Shown: positions 1 to 13,140, counted from the stretch's first letter. The stretch: 64,000 nucleotides of DNA from Laetmonice hystrix (GCA_965235115.1 OZ249436.1:22756001-22820000); one strand, 5' to 3'. A program made the numbers and translations. The notes: generated by a model from the letters alone, not told the origin.

Positions 1-781
1 TTACTGTATACATGTACGTACATTATGTATGCTGAGTGGCCAGTTGGTTGGTTTGGTTGCCTGTAGTAATATTATGAAGCGTTAAGTGTACATGCCACAC
101 TCTCAGCAGTCAGCATACATGTATAAGGCTTCATAAAAATACTACAGGAAACCATACCAATCAACTGGACACCAATCAACTGGACACTTAGCATGCATAT
201 ACTAGCATGCTAAGTGTCAAGTTGATTGGTTTGGTCTCCTTTCGTAACATGTTATGAAGCTATATGAATGCTAAATGTCCAGTTGATGGCTTTGGTCCCC
301 TCTAGTGGTATTATCCAGCTGTATGTACAAGAATGCTGAGTGTACAGTTGATTGGGTTGGTCTCTTATAATATTGAACCTGAGTATACAGTTGATTGGTT
401 TTGTCTCCTGTCGTAATGATATGAAGCTCTACATGCATGCTAAGTGTCCAGTTGATGGGTTTCGTCCCATTCAATGATAATATCCAGCGGTATGTACAAG
501 TAAGCTGAGTGTACAGTTGATTGGGTTGGTCTTCTGTAATAACGTGTTATGAACCTGAGTGTCCAGTGGATTGGTTTTGTCTCCTGTCGTAATGATATGA
601 AGCTCTACATGCATGCTAAGTGTCCAGTTGATGGGTTTCGTCCCCTCTAGTGATATATTATCCAGCTGTATGTACAAATATGCTGAGTGTCCAGTTGATC
701 GGGTTTGTCTCCTGTAATAACATGTTATGAACATGGATACATGTACATGTATACTGAGTGTCTAGTTGATGGGTTTGGCAG
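1..781. repeat. Intronic minisatellite, 43-67 bp units (core CTGAGTGTCCAGTTGATTGGTTT) with ~176-bp higher-order period and a local inversion
   Basis: Core recurs at ~336, 379, 440, 505, 555, 616, 683, 754 (379->555 and 440->616 are 176 bp). Inverted copies at ~150-200 form a hairpin at 171-230. Confidence 0.85.
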
Positions 782-950
782 GTATCAGTACCGGAGCGGT
801 GGAGATTGTACTGAGCTCTCTATGGAGCTGGGCCAAGTCGATAAAACCGTCAGTGAGCGGCCAGCACTGGGTGGTGACAGTTTACGGTGATCAGGATGAT
901 GGCCTTGTGGAAGCGGTTCTTTGTCTCCTTGATGTCTACTTAGCTGCCAG
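782..950 (+). CDS. LINS1: Lines homolog, penultimate coding exon (part of Lines N-terminal conserved domain)
   Basis: Encodes WVVTVYGDQDDGLVEAVLCLLDVY, resembling the Lines 'EQDDDMLEA..LL.IY' motif. Acceptor cag at 779-781, donor AG|gtaatt at 950/951. The phase-2 end matches the next exon. The 5' boundary is less certain. Confidence 0.8.
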
Positions 951-1661
951 GTAATTGTGATCTGGATGAATTCATGTAAAAAAAACAATCATGTAATTTG
1001 GGAAGAAAAATATGAATTGAGAGATATCTAGGACTAGGAGAAACCACCAATGTAGAATTAATCTTTCTGAAACGTGCGGAGTGATCATATTGCCACCTAG
1101 CGGCTCCAGGACGAATTATCTGTCAACGAAACCTTACCAGTGCCACCTGGTGGTACACTTATGGATTGCTGACCCGGTTAACGTTGGCGTTCTCATGACT
1201 AATATTATCAGTGGCGGATTTAGGGAGGGGGCGCACGCGGCGCCCCCCCTCCTTATTTCCGGACCGGACCCCTTGCAGAGATATTGTTTCATGAAGTTGG
1301 TCTCAGAAATAAGGGTCACAAACTATTGGCCATTTTTTTGTTGAGAGCTAATATTTGGGATTTCCTCTTTAAACATGTGTACCGACATGTGGCCCAAGTT
1401 TAATCAAAATCGAAGACAAAGTCCGTGGGGCCCTTGTTGAACTGGCATGTAGAACCAATTACAATATTTTACATTTAGTATTCTTTAGTATACAATATTT
1501 GTAGAACGTGGTCTGATTCTAGTCTGTTGTTGCCTTTTAACTGCGACAACACAGTGACAAAAGATGTCAGTCTCGTAACCTCCGTTTCACTAAATAGCTC
1601 GTTGTTATTTTTAATGTTTCATGACTGTCATTAATAACACTCGCCTTATGATTGGTTACAG

Positions 1662-2832
1662 ACCCAGCCAAACAGATGTCCAGACGTGGAGTGTCCACTC
1701 CCTCGAGGGTATAGACCCTCATGAAATTTTCCTACATTTTCTCGACCACTGTTCTTTTGACCACTCCGTCCTCCTTGACCTTTTGACCTCACCTGAGACG
1801 TGCTTTTTGCTGTATTTCGTCCGCTACCTACATCACATGCTGAAGACCTGGACGCACCTGTGTCAGGTATGCCTTACCTGGCAACCAATCAACAACCTTG
1901 ATTTTTGTACACCCAGACCTCAGTGTGATGCAAAATCTGGCATTCATAATGACCCTGGCCAGAGTGAGAAGGAGTCAGAAAATCATGGCAATCAACCGCT
2001 TCATGCAGCATTAGAGAAACTACCATCAAACTGCACGACCTGCACAGACTCTGAGCCATTTACACAGCGCGATAGTGCGAATGTTAAAATCGCTGAGAGC
2101 CTAGACAATACCCATGCGTCAGAGAGTGTGGGTCTAACAAGGGCGCCTACTTTAAAAATGTCAACTCTGCAGTGCACAGAAGAGCAAAACATAACCAAAA
2201 GTCGTGACATTGTTAGATCTAATGAAAAGGTGACTTATTCAAATGTTGATTTAGAGAGCAAGATTCAGTCCCCGGACAGTGGAACGTTTGACAATAGTGC
2301 CGGCAGCTCCGAAAGTAAAACGGACCTGAGTCAGTCAACTTCATGTGCCAAATGGTCTGCCCTCGCCCCTGATTGTAAACAAGAAGGTGTTGAGAGTGAA
2401 ACAAGTCCCTTCCAGTTAGTGGCCTACTCTGACAATTCCAATGACAGTGAGGATGAATTGACTGATGATGATGACGTAGTCTCACGAGATTCAGCATCAT
2501 CCGTGGAGACGGGACTTGACGGTGTGGACATAGTGGGCGCCACTTCCGGAGATTCGGTTGCGAGTGACCTTGGAATGTCCCTAACGACCAGCGCCACCTC
2601 GCTTACCTCGGTGACGAGTGACCTAGAAATGCCCTCCGAGTTGTTGGATGTCGGCATGGAAACTGAAGTTGAAGATGGCATCTTGGATCAAATGATGGCG
2701 GTTATGATCAGACTTCGCCTGGTTATTGAGAGACTTGACAGCAAGGGTCTCTTCCCGTACAATGCTGCGGCGCTGAAGCGTCTTCTGTGTGAAATAGAAG
2801 GTCTTTATGAAGGCGAAGATCAGCCAAGTTAA
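1662..2832 (+). CDS. LINS1: Lines homolog, terminal coding exon (end of Lines_N, acidic/Ser-rich linker, Lines_C)
   Basis: DPHEIFLHFLDHCSFDHSVLLDLLTSPETCFLLYFVRYL and C-terminal IRLRLVIERLDSKGLFPYNAAALKRLL match Lines family motifs. Acceptor tacag ends at 1661; AG+A gives an in-frame Arg codon with the upstream exon. Stop TAA at 2830-2832. Confidence 0.9.
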
Positions 2833-3917
2833 ACGCAGGTTTTCTTCCCAATGGTAGTCTTCTGTTTTGTCAGTCTGTGGTAACGTCAGTGATTACGTGC
2901 CTATTGTGCTTCAGTAGATTGAGTATACGGTCTATTCATGTATCTATGCAGGTTTGTGTGTGCAAAACTAAAGTGCGAGTAGTGCCAATAATATCGATAC
3001 TCAGTGGATGCGTGATTCCAAATAATATTATAAGACTTAGAACGAAACAGTAAATGAGGTTTCGGACAACCATTTCACTCCATTGCGCCAATAGATCTAT
3101 GAGGACCCGTTCATCCATCAGTGTTAGTTTCCTAGCCATATATGCTCTAGGCTAGTAGGGAAACGGACGATTCTAGGCGACAGTACTGTGAGAGGCATTG
3201 AGACGATTTCAGCATATAATGGCCCAATTGGATGTGTGTGCAGGTGTTGCCAAAAGCCAAATTCGTGTTTAAAGAAAAGTTTAAACATGTGAAGAAAGTA
3301 CTGAAAAATACTTCTCTCCATACAAGGGCTTGTCTTTTAAGGCATGCAATGGCGCCTGCAAAAGACTGTGCGCCTACCGATAAGAAAAGTTGCAGGAGAA
3401 ATCCAAAGGTTTTGACCCAGTTTGAGAAAGTTCTTGACCCACTTTTAAAAACTACCAAACCACATCTCTTACCAAATAGACCCATTGCCTTTCTGACCTA
3501 ATCTTACCGTCCAAAAAGGACATAGGCAATGAGTCCGGTAAATTTAACCAAGTACAGCTGGGAGCACATGTCCGTCAAAAATGGTGTGATCGACGTACGT
3601 AAAACGGATGCGATTTACGGATCGAAAATAAATGTATATGTACTAGCCCACGCACATGTATGCATGCGTTGCAACGGACGACAAGAATATCGGCCGCTTG
3701 CGATGATCGGATGGAACAGACTGGTTTGTTTCTTTTGTCAAAACGGATGCGAATCCCAAGGGGAATTCCCAGAGAATGACTCCAGGCTTTGGGATATCCC
3801 ATTCAGCTCGAAAGTACATTATATTAAAGTATATTATACGTATATTATTAACAGTCGATTTTTCGGAAATATCGCCTCCCTGGCGAAAGGCCTCCGTCTC
3901 AAGGCGTGACCAGTGGA

Positions 3918-4032
3918 GTGGAGAACTTGTGAAAACTTCCCCAAATTGAGCCAGAAATACTAAACGAATCTCATCATCAGCATATAATTGACGTATCAAA
4001 TTATGATATGCTCCTTGTTCTCCCCTTCTTAA
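3918..4032 (-). pseudogene. PIF/Harbinger transposase N-terminal remnant
   Basis: LRRGEQGAYHNLIRQLYADDEIR, then a frameshift to YFWLNLGKFSQVLH. This resembles the Harbinger 'R...G.YH.L..EL..D...F..YFRL....F' region. Confidence 0.55.
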
Positions 4033-6939
4033 AGGGAGGGTAAACACACAAGGCAAATAAGGTTTCGTAGACCAAATGGAACACCAGCATTTAACTCAGG
4101 GCAATATATGCCACAATTACGTTGTCTGAATGAAGTAATTAACGTGTAACTGCCCGATGTGTGACGCCACTGGTTCTGACCTTGACCTGCTTGTGTGTTC
4201 ATCAGAGTCGAATGCTGCACACCACGGCATATTGTGTAACATTACGTGTTACTCTGCTCACAGACCTTGTCTACACGATGTTTGGCGTGCGAGGTGATGA
4301 ACACACAAGCAGAGCAAGGTTAGAACCAGCGGCGTCACACATCGGGCAGAATTTTTTTTTAGCTGCCCCCCCCCCTTATCAAAATCGACCCCCCCCCCCC
4401 CCCCCCACTGCATCAGTAAAAGGGTGTAGTCTCAGTCTGGGTATCAATGAGCCATAACAAAAGATAGGCCTATCTCAAATAATCCCGTTAAGTTCTTTTC
4501 AAAAGACAAACAATTTATTTTGTGACGGCCAGAAGGGGGGCGGGCGCCCCTGCGCCCCCCCCCCCCCGGATCCGCCACTGATTAAAATCTAGTCATCCGA
4601 ATCTGGCGATGTTGGTGTCATTTTTGATCAAAAAAGATGCTCTATCCAGCCATACCAACTGTTTGCATATTGGGATGCTGGAAATATGCTGTTCCGTATG
4701 TATATGCCAATGAATGTATTCTCAGTTCAAAGCATATATGGCCACATGGCGGCTATATTTGTTTTTGACCCCCAAAATAACGCTGTTTTTAGCTGATAGT
4801 TCAATCACATTATCAGGAAAATAGATATTTTCAATGGCCTATATTTACAGAACAGTTGAAGATAACGACGTAATCTTGCATGAGAAATTACACTATGGTC
4901 AATCTAAGGATGTCACTATTTCCCTGAGTGACCTTGTGAGGTCAAACAAGGTCAGACTAAGGATGTTCTCATATGGACTGTGTCTTGAAAATGTATATTG
5001 CACGTAATTCCTATACCCACGGATAATTATTCCATACCCATTTAGTAGTTGGGAGTTGTGACTCCGACAGGGTCTTGTTAGATGTTGCATATGTCAAGCT
5101 ATAGTATTTCATTTTCAAAATTCCGTACACCTAAGCCTTATATTCTTACTATAACAAGCGTAAAACGAGCATTATGTGTTTTAAGATAACGCTTTGTTGA
5201 ACGCAAAAATCAATGCATAATAATATTGAACGGTTCCTTTTTTGCCCTTTATTATAAATAAGTGGCAACTATCGGTATTTTAATAGGACCCTTTTACTCG
5301 GTGTAGTCAATTTCATACATATTCAAAGAGGTATCCATGTAAAATTCATTTGTATAAACCTTATTTGTGAACATTGCCATCTTGCGTTTCCGCAGGTGTT
5401 TCACTTTCTAATGTAACGCACACTTTTTGGGTTCTTGCGAATTGAACTCCTAATGAATGATTGCGTTGCTATTCAAATTGTAACGAGAATTTTAGACGGT
5501 TAATTATTCAAAATGTTTAATGAACCAATTCCAGATTCGGGGAAATCGATAAACCAGTTCAATTATGAGAGAATTAAGCGAGGATTTTATTAAGCTTATT
5601 CACAACTTTCTTAACCTAATACAACCATATCTAATGATTGATTTAGAATGAAAAGAGAAAAACAAAACTCGTGAAAGGATCCATGGAAAGCAGTGGCACA
5701 TTTTAAATGTGGATATGATTGAAGGCTTTGCGGTGATAGAGGAAAAACTTCAAGATAGAATTCAAGACAGGTTCGTTCATCAGAAACCACTGATGAGCAG
5801 GTTTAGTGACTGTGTGTGAATAACCTGCCGTTCAAGGACGAGTGAGGTTAGCCGCAAGCGGTCACTCGCACTAGACACAGCATTGTGAGATTACATGTGT
5901 AAATATACTTTATTTTTCTTTTGAAATGCACGGGCATCAGGGGTAACCCAATTACTTTGACAATGTCCCTAAAGAGAAAAGTTGTATAGTCCTCTACAGG
6001 AATCGAACCCCGGCCCCAAGATTACTGCACCCATTCGCATAGCATATATGGTGTCGACACCCATGCCCGTGTTTAGCTGCCATTTATGGCCTACTAGGCA
6101 TGGTGGTGCGTGTATGTTAGTAGGGTGTGGGTTATAAGAACCTGTTCTCGCCTTGTCATAGTAACCATGCCCAGGATGTGTGTCAGGAATCTTAGCACGA
6201 CATATGTAACATCTCGGTCCTAGCTATAATTAAAGGAGAACAGTCGGCAGTGATGGAATAGTTGTGAACATGACTTAATAAAGGCTTTATGTGAAGGGCG
6301 CTTATTAAAGGTCCCTTCTCTCCCAACAACCAACGGTTTTTTTTATATACTGCTATATAAAAGAGAATTCCATTCACTGACATTGCCAAGACATTGTGCC
6401 AAATGATATTATATGTTGCTTGTGTTATTAGTGTGTTGATTAATGTATGTTATGTTGTGTGCCGAATGATATTGTATGTAAGTTATATTGTACAGAGTGT
6501 GTTGGTGTACATCATTAAGCACTGTGCTCATCCATTAGTTGCGCTATTCGTAATTACTGCAAGCCCGTCTTGTCGCCGTAATCCTAGTCTAAAACCCCCA
6601 ACCGTCAAGACCCCGATCTAAACATATGCATCATAGAAGACGTGTGCGTAAACAGTGACCAATCATAGATCAAGATGAACCGGCGATCGATCCCTATACA
6701 TATTCTCCGAGGTCACCGATTGGGGACCAAACTGGACACTCTGATTGACTGGAGTGCTGAGTGGACTACTCACCGCATATACATACGAAATATCAGACGA
6801 TTGTAGCACTTTATATCTGCCCCTTTCTCTGCAGCAAGGGTGCCCGTGTTCAGCACACCCCGAACCTGGGGCCAGTCTAGCCACCTAGCGTTGGGATCGT
6901 GAAATCTGCAAGCAGGTGTGAACGGAATGTAAGGCCGCC

Positions 6940-7160
6940 GGTATGGAGGTCCGCCGAACCTGGATTCCTTAGTATGGAGGTCCGCAGGACCTGGATACCT
7001 TAGTTATGCAGGTCCTAGTCATCAACTTCGTGGTATAAGACAATATAAGTAAGAAAATCCAAATGAATTAGGGTTAAGGTTAGGATTAGGGATAGGATTA
7101 TGAAGAAATATTTAAATAATACAACATCACGGACTTCAATTCCTAGGAATGCAGGGGGGC
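6940..7160. repeat. Interspersed repeat with a short tandem duplication and a TTAGGG-like tract (Helentron/HINE-like architecture)
   Basis: Duplicated GTATGGAGGTCCGC..ACCTGGAT.CCTTAG followed by TTAGGGTTAAGGTTAGGATTAGGG. Similar tracts occur at ~16875, ~42300 and ~53200. Confidence 0.4.
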
Positions 7161-10100
7161 CTACATACCTGACACACCTGTCTAGAGATTTTCGTGCATT
7201 GCGTAAACCACAAGTCGCTGGCTGAGAGCAAGAATATTGTATCTGCAAATTGGTTTAATGGAACATTTAATAGGTCTCATGAATACGCATCTGTGCAGCT
7301 ATATTATACATATCTACATGTACAAAAGAGTGGTATAATGTGTTGCAGAGTATTGTATCTCCAGAAAATGGAATTTGTTTTTGGGCAATAATGCCAATTC
7401 TCAAAACCTCAATTTTGGACTTACGATATTCTTGCTCTCACCCAGCGAAATGTAACACATTGAGATTTAGGTGCCTCCTGAGTAAGAATTTATAGACAAA
7501 AGGTATTTTCCAACCAAGAGATGTCATGAAAGAGACAGTAAAGTGTTACCATGGTCTGAATAAGGGACTCAAGCTAGGGAGAAAAACCGAATTTGGAAAT
7601 ATTCAAGATAAGCTACCATATGAAAGGTCTTAGCAGGACAATTAATATGGTGGTTATTCTATCTTGATAGGCCATATAGGGGCCGAGTTATTGTTGTTTA
7701 AACTTTTGGCGAAGTAAAAAACTGTCTGCCAAAATTTGTTTAAGTCAACAGATTTTACATAGACCACCTCATATGTAGACATAGGCGCCGGAATCGGGGG
7801 CAAGGGGGGCCAGGCCCCCCCCCCAGGTCTGAAGCTAGGGGGGCCAGCATTATACTTTATCCCCCCAGCCCATAGTTATAGCGGGGGGCAGCCCCCCCCC
7901 AGGATGTGAAGCCCCAGACAAATGTATCATTCATAGCCCTGGAACAAACTTCAAATTTACGACTTCGAGTTTAGTCCCCCCCCCCCCCCCCCCCCCCACC
8001 TGTGACTCTGGTAGAGGATTTCAGATATTTAATAATAGAAGTAAAATACTCAGAACATTTAGAGGTCCAGGGACAGAGTATGTTGTCCTCTTTCAAAATT
8101 TAGCCAAAAAATGATACCTCACCGGGTTAGTTTTTTTGTTAACAGCGTTTGAAATTGATATGTTCGTCATGTTAATTAATAATTACTGTTTAGAATTTTT
8201 TTTTTTCTATTTGTCATAACGGTCTTCAAGCACGTTTGCATTTACACCAGTGAAAATGTTCAAAGTCAAAATTTTTGACATTTGACATCTTCTAGATATT
8301 AAAAAAACGCGTATGTGGGAGATAAGTATATAAAGTAACGTTTGTATAAACGAAGACAGGTCCTGGCTGTACGTAACCGATTTTAAACGGTAGAGCGGGA
8401 GATGAAGGTCACATGTTTGCGATGCAGTGATATAAGTTTATTGATGTCGAAGAATGTTGGTATACGATAGATGTACCTCATACCTCTGCGCTTCAGTATC
8501 TTTGTTTGAATAAAATTTATCAACGGTTTGTGGCCTCCTGCCATCGTCATTTGTTGTGTCATGCGCCAGTTTTGCCACTTTCTATAGCGGCCGTTCCTGA
8601 ATTTTGGGGCCTTGTCTATCCCGGGACCCCCCCCCCCCCTCCTCTGTGTGACCCTGCGCCTATCTTCGCTTATTATGAAGCTATTTTCACGATATTAAGG
8701 TCGGTTTGGGGGCTTTCGGGGGCCTTTCACCCAACAAACATTTCTAGACTATTTCCAGCCTTGCCCTCGTTCACATGAATCTATATAATATAGGCCTATA
8801 TGTAATTTTCTTGCCCCCCCGCCCCCTTGGGGGTTGCTGTCAGGGGGGTAGCCGCATCTAAAATTGCTGTCATTGGTGATTTTGTATTCAAACACACACA
8901 ACAAACTATTTTCTAGACTATTTCCAGCCTTGCCCTCGTTCACATGAATATATCGGCTGGGCCAAAGAAATTTGGAACACTCTTTTCTTGACTGTAACTT
9001 CTCAAAGGCGGATCCAGGGGGGGCACGTATACCTGCGTCAGGCACTTTCTTTGCTTAACCACATCAATTGTTGGCCCCCCCCCCTTATTTTTGAGTTTTT
9101 AACGAATTGTTAGTGAAAAAAAACGTTATTTTCTACTAACTCTAAGACCTTGGATTTTGTTCCCAGATGCCAGGAAATTTAAACGCGTATTTGGCACTTT
9201 AATCTAGGGTTGAGATTTGCCCCATGTTCCACAACAGGGGGCATCGCAACATGTCAACCATGATGAACCTATATTTTAATGCATTTAAAGTTTAAGCTAG
9301 ATTCTTGCAAAATAATAATTATTGCTGTTTCATATTGGACAAGACAGGGAGGCTGGGGTTGGGGGTTGGGGGGGGGGTGGCACGAGACTGAAGTTATTGG
9401 TCGATTCCAATACAAAACAAGTAGATGTGCCATGAGACTTTTTTTAAAAGTGAGAGAAATAATGTTTTGATAAAATAGTTTTAAAACACAAATAAGAACT
9501 ATTTGAAACGTTTTTAAAAAAATTCTAAATAACATTATGCTGCAACCATTTCAGGAGGTTAGTAAAACATTGATAAAAAAAGGTTTTCATAAGTTTTGCT
9601 TGAACGTTTTATCAGAATGTCTTTTATAGGCCTAAAACATTAGAAAATGTTTCTGGAAATAAACATACCTCCACCAAGTGGAGATACATTTATGTTTCAT
9701 TTCATACTAATACTATTCTTACAAAACGCAACATTTAACATTATTCATATTCTAGAAACTGTATTTTGGTCGTGCATAGGGGTTTGATTTTTAAATGGAC
9801 AAGTATTTTCTTAATAAGGAACACATTTTAAGCTGTACTAATTATTTCTTAGATTTATTTCAATGAAAATAATAAGGGAGATCACAAAATATCTGGGTGG
9901 CCAGTAGCCACTAAAGTCCTAAGATCTGAATTGTGCAAGAGAGTACTTTTGAAAAACTAAAGAGCTTTCGGTGCCGACCTTTTGCTCAAAATTAATGTAT
10001 TAATCAGTGAGAGATTCAGGGGGCTTGCCCCCCTTAGATCTTCCTTTTTTTGTATGAAGATGTATTACTATTAGTACAGTTACAATGAAATCATGCCGAG

Positions 10101-10503
10101 CGTAGCGAGGCTAAAAATGTTTTTTAGGTGGGCCCCACCTGGCCCTTGACATCACAAGAAACAGTATCAAGCAATATTTATCAGAAGCAAAAACAGTTGA
10201 CGATTAAGCCTAAAACACACTTTTACCAAATAAAATAGAGACCGTCCCCATCCTACTTGCCACTCTCTACCACACTAGGCCTAGTAAAAAATTGGTAAAC
10301 CTCACTCATTAATAATAAATGAATACATTCACGCATGAGGTCTTTTTCTTCAAAATCAAATAGGAAGGCCCAACATGGGGGGGGGGGGGATGTTGACGGC
10401 CGCAGGCCTAACGCTGTCAGACAATAATTAAAGCGTGGCCTAGATTTCATAGCGCTAAACATAGACCTGAATATTCAGGTCTATGAGCTAACAAGAGACG
10501 GTA

Positions 10504-10792
10504 CAGGGGCGGATCCAGCTTTTTCAAGTAGGGGGGGTGGTCCAACGTTTTTAGGGGCGCAACCGGAGTGACTGTACGAGCACCGAAGACACAAAGCGTT
10601 GCTAAGGGGTCCGGGGGCATGCCCCCCCCCCCCCCGGAAAATTTTCAAATTCAAGGTGTAATTTAGTGAAATCTGATGCATTTTGGAGCACAAAATAAGC
10701 TATTTAAAGACCAATGATGTCAAAAGTCTTATGTAGCCCTACTTTAGGGGGGTCCAGACCCTATGTGACTCCCTCCCATGGATCCGCCAGTG
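10504..10792. mobile_element. MITE of the CAG(G/T)GGCGGATCC family
   Basis: TIRs CAGGGGCGGATCCA...TGGATCCGCCAGTG, flanks CGGTA/TGGTA (4/5 match), internal poly-G/poly-C tracts. Confidence 0.7.
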
Positions 10793-12385
10793 TGGTAGGA
10801 CTGAGGTACACAGGGAAGCTGCAGGGGGCCTGGGCCGCGGTTAGACCCATATTAATTATAGAAGAGCAAAGCATAGACATAGGCCTATAGGCATATATAG
10901 GCGAAAGCCAAGATTAAAAATGATCAAAATCTATCTTAAATTTGCCTCCCATGGGCTATTGACCTTAAAAAGCAGGCATAGCCATAGGGAGTATAAGAAG
11001 ACCTGTAGATCTATTAGGCCTAGCTTCAACTTCAAGGAGCCTTTGACCTTTTTAGGTCGCCAGCAAAAGTGGGGGGGACATGTCCCCCCCCGTCCCCCCC
11101 CCGGCAGCGGCGCCCCCCTATTTCCATAAACATTTTTTTAATGTTTTCTAAAATACATTCTGATAAAACGTTCAAGCAAAACTTATGAAACATGTTGTAA
11201 TGCCCGCTGTTGTGGAACATGGAGCAAAACTCAACCTTGGTGACAACACTGGACCACAAAATCACTAGTGCCAGTAGCCAGTGCTAGTGCCAATGGGGGA
11301 ACTGCCCCCAGCCCGCTCCCAATTTGCAGCGCGTATAACGTTGGTTATTTCCAGCGCCCCCTGGGTCAAGTTTCTGGGTACGCCACTGAGTGCAGTTATG
11401 TATCAAAGTATGGACCATTCCACACTGGTTTTAGTTAGCTGTATTTATGACTGGAAAACTGTGCTTAAGTTGTAGGCCTATAGTAGTCTGAATTAGGCAT
11501 TAGTGACCGATAATGTTCCTGATAGCCTACTCGCGATACATGGCTATATACTTGAAAGAAATGAGAAACTAAAAAAGGGGGAGGCATATATATGCATCTA
11601 GATAAAAAAAGGATAGATAATTGTATTGGATTTGCTATTTATTTATTGATATATTTTCTTTATATTAGGCCCTACCTATATTTCTACTGTGCACATGCTA
11701 GAAATATTCCTACCACTCCTATACTTTTCTGGAGTTTGTAGAATGTATTCTGCTGGTTTGGATTAGTCCTCCCATCTCTCCACAACTTTACCCTCCATCT
11801 TCTTTTCTTTCAATTCTTGCAGAGTTTTTCTTGTAAAAATGTACGCATGCCAAAACACACACAGCTGCACGGGCTACAACCTCCACATCCATTGTGCAGG
11901 TATAAATAGCAAAAAATGCGGAAATTTATCCCCCCAAAAAATCCAAGTTGTCAGCTGGTGTGAGTAGCTCAAGGTCACTGGTGAAAATTCCCTGTCTTTG
12001 TTGAATGTTCTGTGTCTTTGTTGGCGTCCTTTTCGCTAGACCATTAAAAACCACTAAGACACAACTAACAGGGATGTAGGAAGCAAATTTTTGGTGGGGG
12101 GCCAACTTGGAATGGTGAGGTGGGCCGTAGCTAGAAATTTCTGAGTGGGGGGCAGTCATGGGTGGATCCAGGAATTTTGGAGAGGGGGTGTCCCCATACA
12201 AGCGCCGAAGGCATGGGGGGGGGGGGGTCTGCAGTGGCGGAGCAAGGGGGGCCCAACTTTTGTTGGATAATCAGTGGCTCATTTTTGGGGGGTCTGGGGG
12301 CCCTCGCCCAGAATTTTTTGTTCGGGAACGTTGGAAACATGTTTTCTGAATATGTAGAGTAGAACTTTCTCCCAAATTCTTCAAC

Positions 12386-12458
12386 GTGTGGCCCCAGATC
12401 ACAGCACTCGGACCTCGACGTTCCGTCTCGGTCCTCGTGCTGTGATCTGGGGCCACAC
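12386..12458. repeat. 73-nt GC-rich hairpin
   Basis: GTGTGGCCCCAGATCACAGCAC pairs perfectly with GTGCTGTGATCTGGGGCCACAC (22 bp). The stem continues inward through two TC/TC internal loops. Confidence 0.85.
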
Positions 12459-12659
12459 ACTGAAAATCATGTTTAAACCCTTAGTTCACGCTTTATTCCA
12501 TCTCCTAGTTAAGGAATGGAATCTTGCTGATTCGAAAGTGAGTCTATGTATCTCTCCATACCTGATCCTGGCTGACAGCAGTTTCAGGTATAGCTATATC
12601 GAGTCGCGCACTTCAATCTCCCGATTTCTTAAGCGGGGCAGTTTATGTCCAAAGGGTGA

Positions 12660-13140
12660 CCGGCCAGGAGGAACTTAGGCACTGACGTCACTTTCATCCA
12701 ATGAGACGGATAGTGTACGTGTCGGTGATCAGTGGTCAGCGCCTGCCCCGTTGTGTGTGTGTGGCTTGCTCCTCCCTCGCCTGTGGGCGGGGGTCGGTCA
12801 GCCCCTGTCTGTATGGACTGACATGTGTGCCCCTACACAACGTATCTGACGTATGGCGGTGTCATTGGGGACATCCACAGCAGCGTGCGCCACCTGGTGT
12901 CATTCCTACCACCTAATCCACGGCGCACGCTGTGTGCCTCGCCGCAGTCAGTGTGGACAGCGCAGCGGTCGACGTAGAGCCGGCGTGCGTTGGAATACCA
13001 TCCCTGACGCAGCGCCGTCCACCATTTGGTGTGGACAGTACTGCGCCGTGTTAACCCGACGCTGCGTTGTATGCTGCGCTGGGATCCGGCGTGTGTCGGC
13101 ATTTCCCGGCGCGGCGCACCACTCGGCACTTGGTCTGGCC
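12660..13140. promoter_or_regulatory. CpG-rich island with promoter-type motifs
   Basis: High CpG density with TGACGTCA (~12683), CCAAT (~12698) and GGGCGGGG (~12785). No associated gene identified. Confidence 0.3.

Noticed and set aside
1621..1661. ATG start of the 403-aa ORF
   Set aside because: Lies upstream of a phase-compatible acceptor at 1661, so it is intronic.
7067..7097. TTAGGG-like tracts (also ~16875, ~42300, ~53200) as interstitial telomeres
   Set aside because: Short, degenerate and embedded in interspersed repeats.
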